From Candidatus Fimimonas sp. (GTDB lineage Bacteria > Bacillota > Clostridia > Christensenellales > CAG-314), in the NCBI GenBank assembly GCA_045644945.1, contig JAZRHU010000042.1, positions 44,314-108,313 on the forward strand: DNA of 64,000 bases, in the 5' to 3' direction. The notes under the pieces are model-generated. The model made no database searches. It had not been told where the DNA came from and saw only the letters and a list, made by a program, of their open reading frames with translations. Numbering within the stretch: position 1 is the first letter of the stretch; every line of letters starts with the position of its first letter. Below are positions 28,057-36,876 of the stretch, piece after piece. The translations under genes and the position numbers were made by a program.

Positions 28057-29034
28057 CTATCTCTTTGCGAATTGCTTATCAAGCATAAACAACAAATCTT
28101 TGGTATCTTCAAATCCTAGGCATTGATCAGTCTTAGAAACGCCATATGTATTGCCGTCGCTACCATCAGAAAGATAACTCTCCATCATGATACCATTGAT
28201 ATTTTCGTCCAAAATTACCATTTTGGCGTTATCAATTTGATTTTGCGCAACCTTTTGACTATTTGCGTGGCTCAAATCAGCCATAACAAAATCATTCAAA
28301 CCTAGCGATTGCAATCCTATTTTGAGTTTTGCAACGCTATCTTTGTCGATATTAGACCAGTATTTGCCATCCAATGAGCCACCACGCAGTACAACGTGAG
28401 CAAATTTGCAACCGCCCGTTTGCATTTGGTTACCAAAACAAGGGAATATTGTAGGCAACGAAATTGCATGCAAAGATTGCATCAATTTTTCCATATCGCC
28501 ATCGGTAGAGTTTTTAACACCGCAACAAACATCCAAACCTGATGCAAAAGCGCGATGCAAACTGTCTTCGCTACTGCGAGCACCAACAAAACTATAACTA
28601 ATCAGGTCATCAAAATATTGATAAAGCTCCGGATACAACAGCTCGTCGGCGATAGGCAAGCCCACCTTGAGGCAATCAATCATCATTTGACGGCAGGCCA
28701 AAATACCTTTTGCGATATCATTGCCATCTTCGCCAAAGCAAAGACCTTTGTAGCCAAGACCGTTTGAACGTGGTTTTGTTGTGTAAATGCGAGCAACCAC
28801 CAATAAATTTGGACAGTTGTCTGCAATTTGCTTGAGTTTTGATACGTATTCGCCAACCGCAACTGGGTCATCTGCCGAACAAGGCCCACAGACAACAACC
28901 AATTTTTGCTTAGATTGCATGTTTTGGCGCAAGTCTTCGTCAAATTTCAATTTGATTCTATTAAGTTGATCATCCAAAGGCAACGCCGATTTAATTTCGG
29001 CAACCAATGGCAATTTCTTTTGTTGTGTAAACAT
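28057..29034 (-). CDS. aroG: 3-deoxy-7-phosphoheptulonate (DAHP) synthase, class I.
   Basis: 325 aa. VVCGPCSADDPVAVGEYVSKL and RIYTTKPRSNGLGYKGL parallel the class I (AroG-type) GPCS and KPRT blocks. Confidence 0.8.
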   Translation of the reverse strand: MFTQQKKLPLVAEIKSALPLDDQLNRIKLKFDEDLRQNMQSKQKLVVVCGPCSADDPVAVGEYVSKLKQIADNCPNLLVVARIYTTKPRSNGLGYKGLCFGEDGNDIAKGILACRQMMIDCLKVGLPIADELLYPELYQYFDDLISYSFVGARSSEDSLHRAFASGLDVCCGVKNSTDGDMEKLMQSLHAISLPTIFPCFGNQMQTGGCKFAHVVLRGGSLDGKYWSNIDKDSVAKLKIGLQSLGLNDFVMADLSHANSQKVAQNQIDNAKMVILDENINGIMMESYLSDGSDGNTYGVSKTDQCLGFEDTKDLLFMLDKQFAKR

Positions 29035-29036
29035 CT

Positions 29037-29513
29037 TTAACCAACCAAATACTTAGTAATTTCTTCTAAACAATTTTCGGGAACATACTCGGAAAAATCT
29101 TGTCCCAAGCTTGCAAGTTCGCGAACAAGAGAGCTAGAAACGTGTCTGTATTGCTTGTTGCCAACAACAAACACTGTTTCCCCATCCCAGTAGCTTTCGT
29201 TTACGTCGCAAAGGTCGATGACCGATTGCAAATCCATCGCATTGCGAATGGATTTTATCATCACAGTTGCGCCCACATTTTTGCAAAAGTCCGTCATCAT
29301 GCCCTCGTGAGAGCAAACTTCCACATTGGGTATATGGCCCAAAGCACGTTTGAGCATATCAAGGCGCGCTTCAACAGAGATTGCATATTTCTTTGCAAAG
29401 TTAACACCCATCACAACATAAAGCTTGTCTACAAGTTTTGCAGACTTTTCGATGGCATCAACATGACCTTTGGTAACCGGACAAAACGAACCAGCAAAAA
29501 CACCTATTGACAT
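29037..29513 (-). CDS. coaD: Pantetheine-phosphate adenylyltransferase.
   Basis: 158 aa. GVFAGSFCPVTKGHVDAIEK is the (T/H)xGH motif. ISSSLVRE-like HVSSSLVRE is also present. Confidence 0.93.
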   Translation of the reverse strand: MSIGVFAGSFCPVTKGHVDAIEKSAKLVDKLYVVMGVNFAKKYAISVEARLDMLKRALGHIPNVEVCSHEGMMTDFCKNVGATVMIKSIRNAMDLQSVIDLCDVNESYWDGETVFVVGNKQYRHVSSSLVRELASLGQDFSEYVPENCLEEITKYLVG

Positions 29514-30052
29514 ACTTCACTCCTTTTGTAAAATGTAAACTTTACACTACCAATTTTTCGTTCATCACACACTTGCAAATTGCAAATTTCGCTAGGCAAT
29601 ACCACGTCAAATGCGTGTTCGCAGATTACGATGCCATTTTCCGCAAGCAAATCGTTGTTGGAAATTGTCTCCAGCACATCTTTGTAGTAGCCAGATGCGT
29701 AAGGTGGATCGACAAAAACCATATCCAAAGTGCCTTTGGAAATATTAGCAAGGCAACTTTTGTAGTTGCAAGCATAAAGCTCTGGTAGTATGCCAATTTT
29801 AGCAAAATTAGACTTGATTGCCTGTTGTGCAACGCGATCGTTATCGCACAAAATAGCACGCTTTGCGCCTCGACTTAGGCACTCGATGGCAATTTGCCCA
29901 CTACCAGCAAACAAATCCAACACAGTAGAGTTGGCAATGCGCATTTGCAGGATGTTAAAAAGCGTCTCTTTGGTGCGGTCCAAAGTTGGACGGGTACTAT
30001 CCCCCGCCGACTGAAGCACGCGACCTTTGTATTTTCCTGCAATAACCCTCAT
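29504..30052 (-). CDS. rsmD: 16S rRNA (guanine966-N2)-methyltransferase RsmD.
   Basis: MRVIAGKYKGRVL, DLFAGSGQIAIECLSRGA (SAM motif) and VFVDPPY. Start at ATG 30052, 3 nt after the alr stop. Confidence 0.9.
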   Translation of the reverse strand: MRVIAGKYKGRVLQSAGDSTRPTLDRTKETLFNILQMRIANSTVLDLFAGSGQIAIECLSRGAKRAILCDNDRVAQQAIKSNFAKIGILPELYACNYKSCLANISKGTLDMVFVDPPYASGYYKDVLETISNNDLLAENGIVICEHAFDVVLPSEICNLQVCDERKIGSVKFTFYKRSEVCQ

Positions 30053-30054
30053 TT

Positions 30055-31041
30055 TTACCTCAAATTGCACAATAGTTGGTATATTATCGCATCGTCAGTT
30101 GATGGATTGACACCTTCGCCAAGCACAACAACATCATCGCCAACACTAACATGTATATTTGTGACGTCCACCATACACATAGACATACAAATATTCCCTA
30201 CAACCTTTGCAAAGTTGTTGCCAATTTTGACTGTTGGCTCGCGCAAACTACGAACATACCCTTTGGCGTAGCCTGTGTCGATAATGGCCACATCCATATC
30301 GCGATTGCACGTATATCTTGCACCGTAGCCGATAATACTACCCTTGGAAAGTTTCTTTTTTGCAACTACCTTTGCGGTCACCATTTTTGCAACGGACAAA
30401 TTGCTTGCACCATAGCCATACAAACCTAGACCAACTCGCGCCATATCCAAGTGGAACGACTTGTCAAGCAACACTCCACCTGAATTTGCAATATGTTTGG
30501 TAATGTTGCCAAACTTCCTCGATACTATTTTACTGCATTTTTCAAAGTAATTCAACTGTTCTTGGCATAAATTTTGATTTTCGGCGTAAAAATGCGAAAA
30601 AATTCCTTCCACAATGATATTATTTCCATCAAGCACACCTACAAGACTATCCAAATCTTCCAATCGAAAGCCCAGGCGCGACATTCCGCTATCAATTTTG
30701 ATATGCACGCGCACGAAATCTTTAGAAAATTGCTTTAGGATTTGCAAAGTATCAAAACTATCCAAGGTTAAAATATACCCATTTTCAATGGCAATTTTTG
30801 TATTGCGAGCATCCTGTGGTAGCAAAATCAAAACATCCCTACCATATCTTGCAATTTTTTGCCCTTCCAAGACGTCATTTACTGCAAAGCAATCGGCAAT
30901 ATCACACAAACAGCTTACAACTCTTTCCAGCCCATGACCGTAGGCATCACATTTAACAACGGCGCACAATTTAGAATCACCCAAAATTTGCTTAAAATAC
31001 TGCGCGTTCTTGATAATTGCACCATAATTTACATATTGCAT
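30055..31041 (-). CDS. alr: Alanine racemase (compact, 328 aa).
   Basis: The PLP-lysine block is AVVKCDAYGHG. The catalytic Tyr block is IGYGARYT. The C-terminal block is MSMCMVDV. Confidence 0.85.
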   Translation of the reverse strand: MQYVNYGAIIKNAQYFKQILGDSKLCAVVKCDAYGHGLERVVSCLCDIADCFAVNDVLEGQKIARYGRDVLILLPQDARNTKIAIENGYILTLDSFDTLQILKQFSKDFVRVHIKIDSGMSRLGFRLEDLDSLVGVLDGNNIIVEGIFSHFYAENQNLCQEQLNYFEKCSKIVSRKFGNITKHIANSGGVLLDKSFHLDMARVGLGLYGYGASNLSVAKMVTAKVVAKKKLSKGSIIGYGARYTCNRDMDVAIIDTGYAKGYVRSLREPTVKIGNNFAKVVGNICMSMCMVDVTNIHVSVGDDVVVLGEGVNPSTDDAIIYQLLCNLR

Positions 31042-31067
31042 ACCCTACCCCAATTTTACATTAACAT

Positions 31068-31096
31068 TTGACACAATTGTCAATTATGGATATAAT
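31068..31096 (+). promoter_or_regulatory. Consensus sigma-A type promoter for the membrane-protein/rdgB operon.
   Basis: TTGACA (31068-31073), 17 nt spacer, TATAAT (31091-31096). It lies about 50 nt upstream of ATG 31146. Confidence 0.75.
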
Positions 31097-31145
31097 ATAT
31101 GTAACACAACTAATTGGTTTGCCAAATCTGGCAATAAAGGAAGAA

Positions 31146-31622
31146 ATGAGATTCCCATTGCAACTATCAAAAAAGTATTTTATACTCAAAATTGTTATGA
31201 TACTATCAATCGTACTAAGTGTAGCAATGATTGTGTTGTCCATCATGACACTTTGTGGCATGTACACATTTTTGAACATGACATTTGCCCAAGCTAAAAT
31301 TCAACTTACAACTGCTTGCGTTTCCATTTTGTTGATGTCGGCGCTTCTTTCCATGCACTATCATCTTGACGACAAGCATTTGCGCATAAAGCTGTTGTTT
31401 TTTGACCTTTTGGGTGGACGAATTCGCTACGAAAACATCCTAAACATCGTCTACACTGATGGTTTGATGTACATCAGCTATATTTGGAAGGGCGCAGACC
31501 CCGTGATAGCCGGCATCATGATTTCGCCAGCAAAATTTGACAAAATGAAGGATGCACTTTTGGCTAAAAATAAAAACATTGTATTTTACGAGGATAAAGA
31601 TGAAACTGGTAATAGCAAGTAA
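31146..31622 (+). CDS. Small membrane protein of unknown function (two TM helices plus a bacterial PH-like soluble part).
   Basis: Start at ATG 31146 behind an AAGGAAG SD (MRFPLQLSKKYF). It has two hydrophobic helices and overlaps the rdgB start by 23 nt. Confidence 0.55.
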   Translation: MRFPLQLSKKYFILKIVMILSIVLSVAMIVLSIMTLCGMYTFLNMTFAQAKIQLTTACVSILLMSALLSMHYHLDDKHLRIKLLFFDLLGGRIRYENILNIVYTDGLMYISYIWKGADPVIAGIMISPAKFDKMKDALLAKNKNIVFYEDKDETGNSK

Positions 31623-32169
31623 CAACAATCACAAAATTCAGCAGATAAAGGAAGTTCTAAAGGGTAAATTTGAACAGATGTACTCCCTTGCAGAAATGGG
31701 AATTGATTGTGACCCAGAGGAAAATGGCGCAACATTTTTGGAAAATGCACTAATCAAAGTTAACGAAATTGCAAAGTATACCGACTATGCCGTACTTGGC
31801 GATGACACAGGGCTTTGTGTTGATGCACTTGATGGCGCACCAGGAATCATGTCTGCAAGATATGCAGGCGACCACGACAGCGCTAAGAATCGTCAAAAGT
31901 TACTTGCCGACCTCTGCAACGAAACAAATCGTAAAGCACATTTTGAAACTTGCGTAGCACTGCGCTACCCAGATGGCCACATCGTTACTGCTTTTGGCAG
32001 AGTTGACGGGGAAATTTTGACGGAAGAACGTGGAGACAAGAGCTTTGGCTACGAATGTTTGTTTTTTGCAACAGATCTTTGCAAAACTTTTGGTCAAGCC
32101 ACTACCGAAGAAAAGTTGGCTATCAGTCACCGTGGTAGAGCTTTGAGAAATTTGTTAGAAAAACTATAA
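31600..32169 (+). CDS. rdgB: Non-canonical purine NTP pyrophosphatase (RdgB/HAM1 family).
   Basis: MKLVIASNNNHKIQQIKEVL, EENGATFLENALIK, DDTGLCVDALDGAPGIMSARYAG and SHRGRALR are the RdgB family blocks. Confidence 0.93.
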   Translation: MKLVIASNNNHKIQQIKEVLKGKFEQMYSLAEMGIDCDPEENGATFLENALIKVNEIAKYTDYAVLGDDTGLCVDALDGAPGIMSARYAGDHDSAKNRQKLLADLCNETNRKAHFETCVALRYPDGHIVTAFGRVDGEILTEERGDKSFGYECLFFATDLCKTFGQATTEEKLAISHRGRALRNLLEKL

Positions 32170-32187
32170 TTTTGCAAAAATATAATC

Positions 32188-32217
32188 AAAAAAGGTCAGG
32201 AAATCCTGACCTTTTTC
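32188..32217. terminator. Bidirectional terminator between the convergent rdgB and HAD genes.
   Basis: Perfect 10-bp stem AAAGGTCAGG (32191-32200) / CCTGACCTTT (32205-32214). Confidence 0.75.
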
Positions 32218-32330
32218 ATTATAAATTTAAATTTTAACAAGCAAAACAACAAAAGTTAGCAAGCGATATTCGTACATACATGCTAAATCTCTATTAATTA
32301 ACCAAATAATTTAAATTCGCAATTTTTACA

Positions 32331-33017
32331 CTACTTTACAATATCAAAAAGCTTTGCGAGATCGTCAATCTCGTAAATTGGTATAATTTTGCGAGTGTTT
32401 TGCTCGTGCTTAGGGTTGTACCAACAGCTGTCGATGCCCGCGTTGATACCACCTTGAATATCACTTGTTAACGAATCGCCAACGATAAGTGTCTTTGCCT
32501 TGTCAAAGTTCTCGATATGCGCAAAACTGTGGTTGAAAAACTCAATTTTGGGCTTTGGATAACCCACTTCTTCGCTGATAAAACGTTTTGCAAAATACTT
32601 ACCAATACCACTACCTTTGAGGCGCGAATTTTGGATTGTGAGCACACCATTGGTAACTAAGTACAAAGTTGCGCCCATATCAATTAGTCCTTGCATAACC
32701 GCTGTGGCGCCCTCAATAACGAAAAATCCTTCGTGAAGGTACTCTTCATACTTGCGAGAAACGGTCAAAATGTCACATTCTAAACCAAGTTCCTTGGCTG
32801 TGTTGACGAAACGATTATTCAAAACATAGTCTTTGGAAACAAGACCTTGTTCCAATTGTTGCCAAAGTGCGATATTGTTCTTGCGGTAGATTTCTACAAG
32901 ATGATCGTCCACTTGCACACCATGCTCGCCAAAAGCACGGCAAAGAGCCTGAAACTCCGCTTTGTCAAAATCAAAAATAGTATTGTCTGCATCAAACAAA
33001 ATAATATCGTATTTCAT
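32331..33017 (-). CDS. HAD-IA family hydrolase (YjjG-like nucleotidase type).
   Basis: Start at ATG 33017 (MKYDIILFDADNTIFDF, DxDxT motif). VTNG and GDSLTSDIQGG are HAD motifs III and IV. Confidence 0.75.
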   Translation of the reverse strand: MKYDIILFDADNTIFDFDKAEFQALCRAFGEHGVQVDDHLVEIYRKNNIALWQQLEQGLVSKDYVLNNRFVNTAKELGLECDILTVSRKYEEYLHEGFFVIEGATAVMQGLIDMGATLYLVTNGVLTIQNSRLKGSGIGKYFAKRFISEEVGYPKPKIEFFNHSFAHIENFDKAKTLIVGDSLTSDIQGGINAGIDSCWYNPKHEQNTRKIIPIYEIDDLAKLFDIVK

Positions 33018-33242
33018 AAAACCTTCCAATTTAAATTTAGTTACAGCGCTACGTTTACCTAAGCGCAAAAGAGCAAGCGCACATTAGCTCCGCAAAATAC
33101 TTGGAAATTACCACATTGCAACTGCTCAAATTAGCTAAATTTTTGTTATTATGGCAAAATTATATCACAATTAGCAAAATATAACAACAAAATAAAAGGA
33201 CTTGACACAATTGTGCCAAGTCCTAAATTTTTTAATGAAGCA

Positions 33243-33794
33243 TTACCACTCGCGTTTGAATTGCTCCCAAGTGGAAGGTGCATAGTCGCAACTTTCGAAG
33301 AAGCATCTCAAGATGTAGTACTCGTTTTCGTCCATTGCTTTGTCGCCAGAAAGGCAGAAGTAGCAGAAACCTTGTACCATAGCTTCGTAGTTATCTGCAT
33401 CTTTGAGGTATCCACGAAGATCGCGAAGCAATGAGATGTCGCTAGAAAGATCGTCTACTGTAAGGCGATTGTACAAGGAACGAACACTATCTGTTGTAAG
33501 TGGTTCAAACTTTGCATATTCGCAGAAAGTTTTGTAGCAATCGTATTCGCCTTGCAAAAAGTCGTCATCACACATCATCAAGAATACAAGAATGTGTTGG
33601 AAAATGTAGAAAACTTGATCGTTGTAGGATTCGCCTTTGTTTCTGCAAAAATCTACAAACATATTTTTGTATTCCACATAAGCATGAGAAAGCAAATTTT
33701 TAGTTTTTTGATAGTACTCGGATGGAGCAAGCTTTGTTTTGCGGTCCCAAGCAAGGTTGCAAAGTTCAATCATGTTGATAGGTGTTTTAGACAT
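33243..33794 (-). CDS. Hypothetical cytoplasmic protein, Cys/aromatic-rich. Weak TerB-like repeat pattern only.
   Basis: 183 aa with its own hairpin terminator (33197-33224). It has two segments of the form hydrophobic-x-DD/GD-x-hydrophobic-x2-E-Y (MMCDDDFLQGEYDCY, CLSGDKAMDENEYYIL). I recognise no firm family. Confidence 0.55.
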   Translation of the reverse strand: MSKTPINMIELCNLAWDRKTKLAPSEYYQKTKNLLSHAYVEYKNMFVDFCRNKGESYNDQVFYIFQHILVFLMMCDDDFLQGEYDCYKTFCEYAKFEPLTTDSVRSLYNRLTVDDLSSDISLLRDLRGYLKDADNYEAMVQGFCYFCLSGDKAMDENEYYILRCFFESCDYAPSTWEQFKREW

Positions 33795-34024
33795 TGTACA
33801 ATTCTCCTTTATTTTGATTGTAAATTCATTATAGCACCATGATATTGCTATGTCAATACCAAATTCTTAAAAAACAACCGCAAATTAGACTAATTTTGCA
33901 CAAAATTGCCTATTGTTTTTGCAAAATTGATAGTTTTTATATTTACAATAAAACAAAAATGCCACACAAAATTGTGTGACATTTTTAGCAAATGTATAGT
34001 TTCAAATTAGAGCATAAATCTAGA

Positions 34025-34861
34025 TTAGTTGCGCAAATCAATTTGTGTAGAACCATCGCATGTGATAGCACCACCCCATTTTTCCGCAACATAGTCGGAA
34101 ACTTCCTTGGACAAAAGAGCATTTGTCAAAGCGTCAATTTTTGCTTTGTACACAGCATCTGTATTATAGTCATCAAGACGAGCAGCCAAAACGTTGGCGT
34201 TGCCAGCTACAAGTGCAGGGTCAGTTTCTTGATCGATTTTCAAGCTTTGGTCTACGTTGCCGGTCATTGCTGTGTTGCATGGCAAGCAAACATAGGTGTA
34301 GTCTGGCATGGATGCAACAAGAAGTTCTTCGGCAATCAATTTGATAGTTACGTTGCCTACAGTAAGAGTAGAGCCAACAACCACACCTTGACTATCGGAG
34401 TTGAACTCTGGAATAGATGTGATGTATCCCTTTGCATACAACAATTGCAAAGCACGAAGCGCGTTAGACTCGTCATTGCAGATTGCAATGGATGGGTTGG
34501 ATGAATTTTCGGTATATTGACCGCCTTTGTAGATACCAAGTGGTTCGTAGTGAACTTTGCAGGATGCAAAAAGTTTAACAGAACCTGTGTATGTTTCGAG
34601 ATAAGGAACGTGTTGGAAGTAGTTTGCATCGTAGTCGCCTTGAGCAACTGCGCCATTTTGAAGTGTCCAATCGATAACTTTAACCTTCAAGGTGTAACCT
34701 TGCGCCTTCAAAATATCAGCAACACAATTTTCCAAAATGTCCGCGTGTGGTAGTTCGCTTGCGCAAACTGTGATTGTTTTAGCTGGGTCGCTACAAGCGG
34801 CAAAACTAAGTGAGGATACAAGCAAAAGTGCCACCAAAAGCACTACCAAGATTTTTTTCAT
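34025..34861 (-). CDS. metQ: Methionine ABC transporter substrate-binding lipoprotein (MetQ/NlpA family).
   Basis: 278 aa. The lipobox is LSFAAC. The family pattern is FQHVPYLE. It is last in the metN-metI-metQ order. Confidence 0.88.
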   Translation of the reverse strand: MKKILVVLLVALLLVSSLSFAACSDPAKTITVCASELPHADILENCVADILKAQGYTLKVKVIDWTLQNGAVAQGDYDANYFQHVPYLETYTGSVKLFASCKVHYEPLGIYKGGQYTENSSNPSIAICNDESNALRALQLLYAKGYITSIPEFNSDSQGVVVGSTLTVGNVTIKLIAEELLVASMPDYTYVCLPCNTAMTGNVDQSLKIDQETDPALVAGNANVLAARLDDYNTDAVYKAKIDALTNALLSKEVSDYVAEKWGGAITCDGSTQIDLRN

Positions 34862-35529
34862 TGTAAAATTCTCCTTTTGTCAAGTTTTTTAGAAATAGCA
34901 AGTCCCAACTCTTGAATGAGTTGAACAAGCAAAATTACGATTATAATCATCAACCAAAATACGGGATGTTCGAGATAGTTGCCAGTATTTTGAGCATAGT
35001 AACGCCAAATACCTGCAATGATGCCACCTGCGGAAATATTGTACGCAAATGATGTGTAGCCAAGCAAAGAAACAAGGGTTACTGCAAGTCCACCAACGAG
35101 GGAACTGCGCGCCTCGGGCAATAGCACCTTTGTGATAATTTGCAAGTTTGTACCACCAAGAGATTGCACCGCTTCCACCTTGCCTTTGTCAACTTCGGCA
35201 AGCGATTGCTCAACCATTCTTGCAACAAAACCAAAACTTGTAACGAACAATGGGATAATGATTGTGTACCACTCGCCTGTGCCTTTGCCAAGGATTGCGC
35301 GAACAGCGGGCATCAAGAGTACAACAACAATCAAGCAAGGAATGGAGCGCAAGATGTTTACAAACAAGCTAAGTACAAAGTTGAGCCATTTGCAGGGTTT
35401 TAGGCCTTTTTGTGACGTTACATTTAACAAAACACCAAGAGGCAATCCCACAAGGTAAGCAAGTGCACCAGAAATGGTCACCATTGCCAGTGTTTCCAAT
35501 ATCATTGTCAAAATATCATTGAAGTTCAC
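34858..35529 (-). CDS. metI: Methionine ABC transporter permease.
   Basis: 223 aa, 5 TM helices. The EAA-type loop is VEAVQSLGGTNLQIITKVLLPEA. Start and stop overlap both neighbours. Confidence 0.9.
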   Translation of the reverse strand: MNFNDILTMILETLAMVTISGALAYLVGLPLGVLLNVTSQKGLKPCKWLNFVLSLFVNILRSIPCLIVVVLLMPAVRAILGKGTGEWYTIIIPLFVTSFGFVARMVEQSLAEVDKGKVEAVQSLGGTNLQIITKVLLPEARSSLVGGLAVTLVSLLGYTSFAYNISAGGIIAGIWRYYAQNTGNYLEHPVFWLMIIIVILLVQLIQELGLAISKKLDKRRILQ

Positions 35530-36496
35530 TTGCTATCACCTCCTCGTAGTGAATTTGTTTAAGATCCAAGTACTTGCAAAGCTTTTGCGCATCTTTTGCA
35601 TCAGCTGGCATTGTAAAAATAAGTTGTCCGTAAACACGACCGTCCACAACTTTAGAGTCGGCATAAATGATGGACAATGCGATATTACAATCTTGGATAA
35701 TGTTGGCAACAATTGGCGTATCAATTTCGCCGTTGAAAATCAATTTTAGGAATTTTGTGTTATCAACGGATGTGTTGATATGGCCGGAATAAATGATCTT
35801 TTTGGAAATTTCCGTTTTGGGAAACAGGAAAATATCTTGCGCATTGCCACTTTCAACAATTTGCGCATTGTCGATGATTGCAACCTTGGTGCAAATCTTT
35901 TCGATAACATCCATTTGATGGGAAATCATGATGATTGTTAGGCCAAGTTCACGATTGAGCTTTGTTAACAATGCCAAGATTTGTTGTGTCGTGTCGGGGT
36001 CCAATGCGGAAGTTGCTTCGTCACACAACAAAATTTGAGGGTTAGACATAAGCGCTCTTGCAATTGCCACACGTTGACGTTGACCACCAGAAAGTTGTGA
36101 TGGGTAAGAATTTAGTTTGTCGGCAAGTCCAACAAGACTCAACAACTCAACTGCTCTATCCTTGCAATCTTTTTCGCCAAATAACTCTCCTGCTAGCATA
36201 ACGTTCTTCAAAACTGTACGTTGGTCAAGCAAATTGAATTGTTGGAAGATCATTGCAACTTGTCTGCGGTAGTCACGATCAAATGTTACAACCTCGCCAT
36301 TGAACACAATTTGGCCTTGATCAAACTTTTCCAAACCGTTGATACATCTAACAAGTGTGGACTTACCTGCACCAGACAAGCCCAAAATACCGTAGATATC
36401 CCCCTTGGCAACATCCAAGCAAACGTTCTTAAGCACTTGATGTGCACCAAATTTTTTGCTTAGATTTTCAATTTTAAGAATAACTTGTTCGCTCAT
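35516..36496 (-). CDS. metN: Methionine ABC transporter ATP-binding protein with a C-terminal NIL domain.
   Basis: Start at ATG 36496 (MSEQVILKIENLSKKFG) behind a GGAG SD. Walker A GLSGAGKST, signature LSGGQRQR, Walker B ILLCDEATSALD. Confidence 0.93.
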   Translation of the reverse strand: MSEQVILKIENLSKKFGAHQVLKNVCLDVAKGDIYGILGLSGAGKSTLVRCINGLEKFDQGQIVFNGEVVTFDRDYRRQVAMIFQQFNLLDQRTVLKNVMLAGELFGEKDCKDRAVELLSLVGLADKLNSYPSQLSGGQRQRVAIARALMSNPQILLCDEATSALDPDTTQQILALLTKLNRELGLTIIMISHQMDVIEKICTKVAIIDNAQIVESGNAQDIFLFPKTEISKKIIYSGHINTSVDNTKFLKLIFNGEIDTPIVANIIQDCNIALSIIYADSKVVDGRVYGQLIFTMPADAKDAQKLCKYLDLKQIHYEEVIASELQ

Positions 36497-36507
36497 ATTT
36501 ACTCCAA

Positions 36508-36764
36508 TAAAAAAACTCGTCCTTGAAAACACTCCAAGGACGAGAATAAATCACGTGGTACCAACCTTTTTCGCCGAAAATCGGCCTATTTCGGCTCTAA
36601 CAAGCCATATTGCTATAACGGGCAAACCCGAAACTCCCTACATTTCGAAAGTTCAACTCAGAGGCCATGTTCATAAACTTTCCGTTTGCTTCCTCTCACC
36701 ACGTGGAAACTCTCTGTAAAACATCCCGTTTACTACTCTTCTCTTCAGCGTTTTTAGATATTAT
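36508..36764 (-). promoter_or_regulatory. T-box leader (candidate Met specifier AUG) with a terminator/antiterminator, controlling metNIQ.
   Basis: In minus orientation, Stem I elements AGAGAG...GGTGAGA are followed by a candidate specifier in GTTTATGAACATGG. The T-box core GGTTGGTACCACGTG is the reverse complement of 36551-36566. The terminator stem is CTCGTCCTTG / CAAGGACGAG (36516-36525 / 36535-36544) plus a 7-T run. An upstream promoter reads TTGACA (36794-36799), 17 nt, TAAAAT (36771-36776). Confidence 0.75.
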
Positions 36765-36876
36765 GCGACAATTTTATACATTTTTTCAAATTTTGTCAAC
36801 AAATATATAGCAAAAATTGAAAATTAAACAATGTTTGCGTATAAATTAGAAATTTTACGCAGATTTGCAAATTGAA

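Noticed and set aside
30055-31041. The alanine racemase is only 328 aa. I considered a truncated gene or pseudogene.
   Set aside because: The PLP-Lys block (VVKCDAYGHG), the catalytic Tyr block (IGYGARYT) and the C-terminal MSMCMVDV block are all present and in frame. It abuts rsmD tightly with no frameshift signs. It is probably a compact but intact enzyme.
36508-36764. I expected an S-box (SAM-I) riboswitch in front of metNIQ.
   Set aside because: I could not find the SAM-I conserved core. Instead the leader carries the T-box core GGTTGGTACCACGTG with the matching terminator/antiterminator layout.
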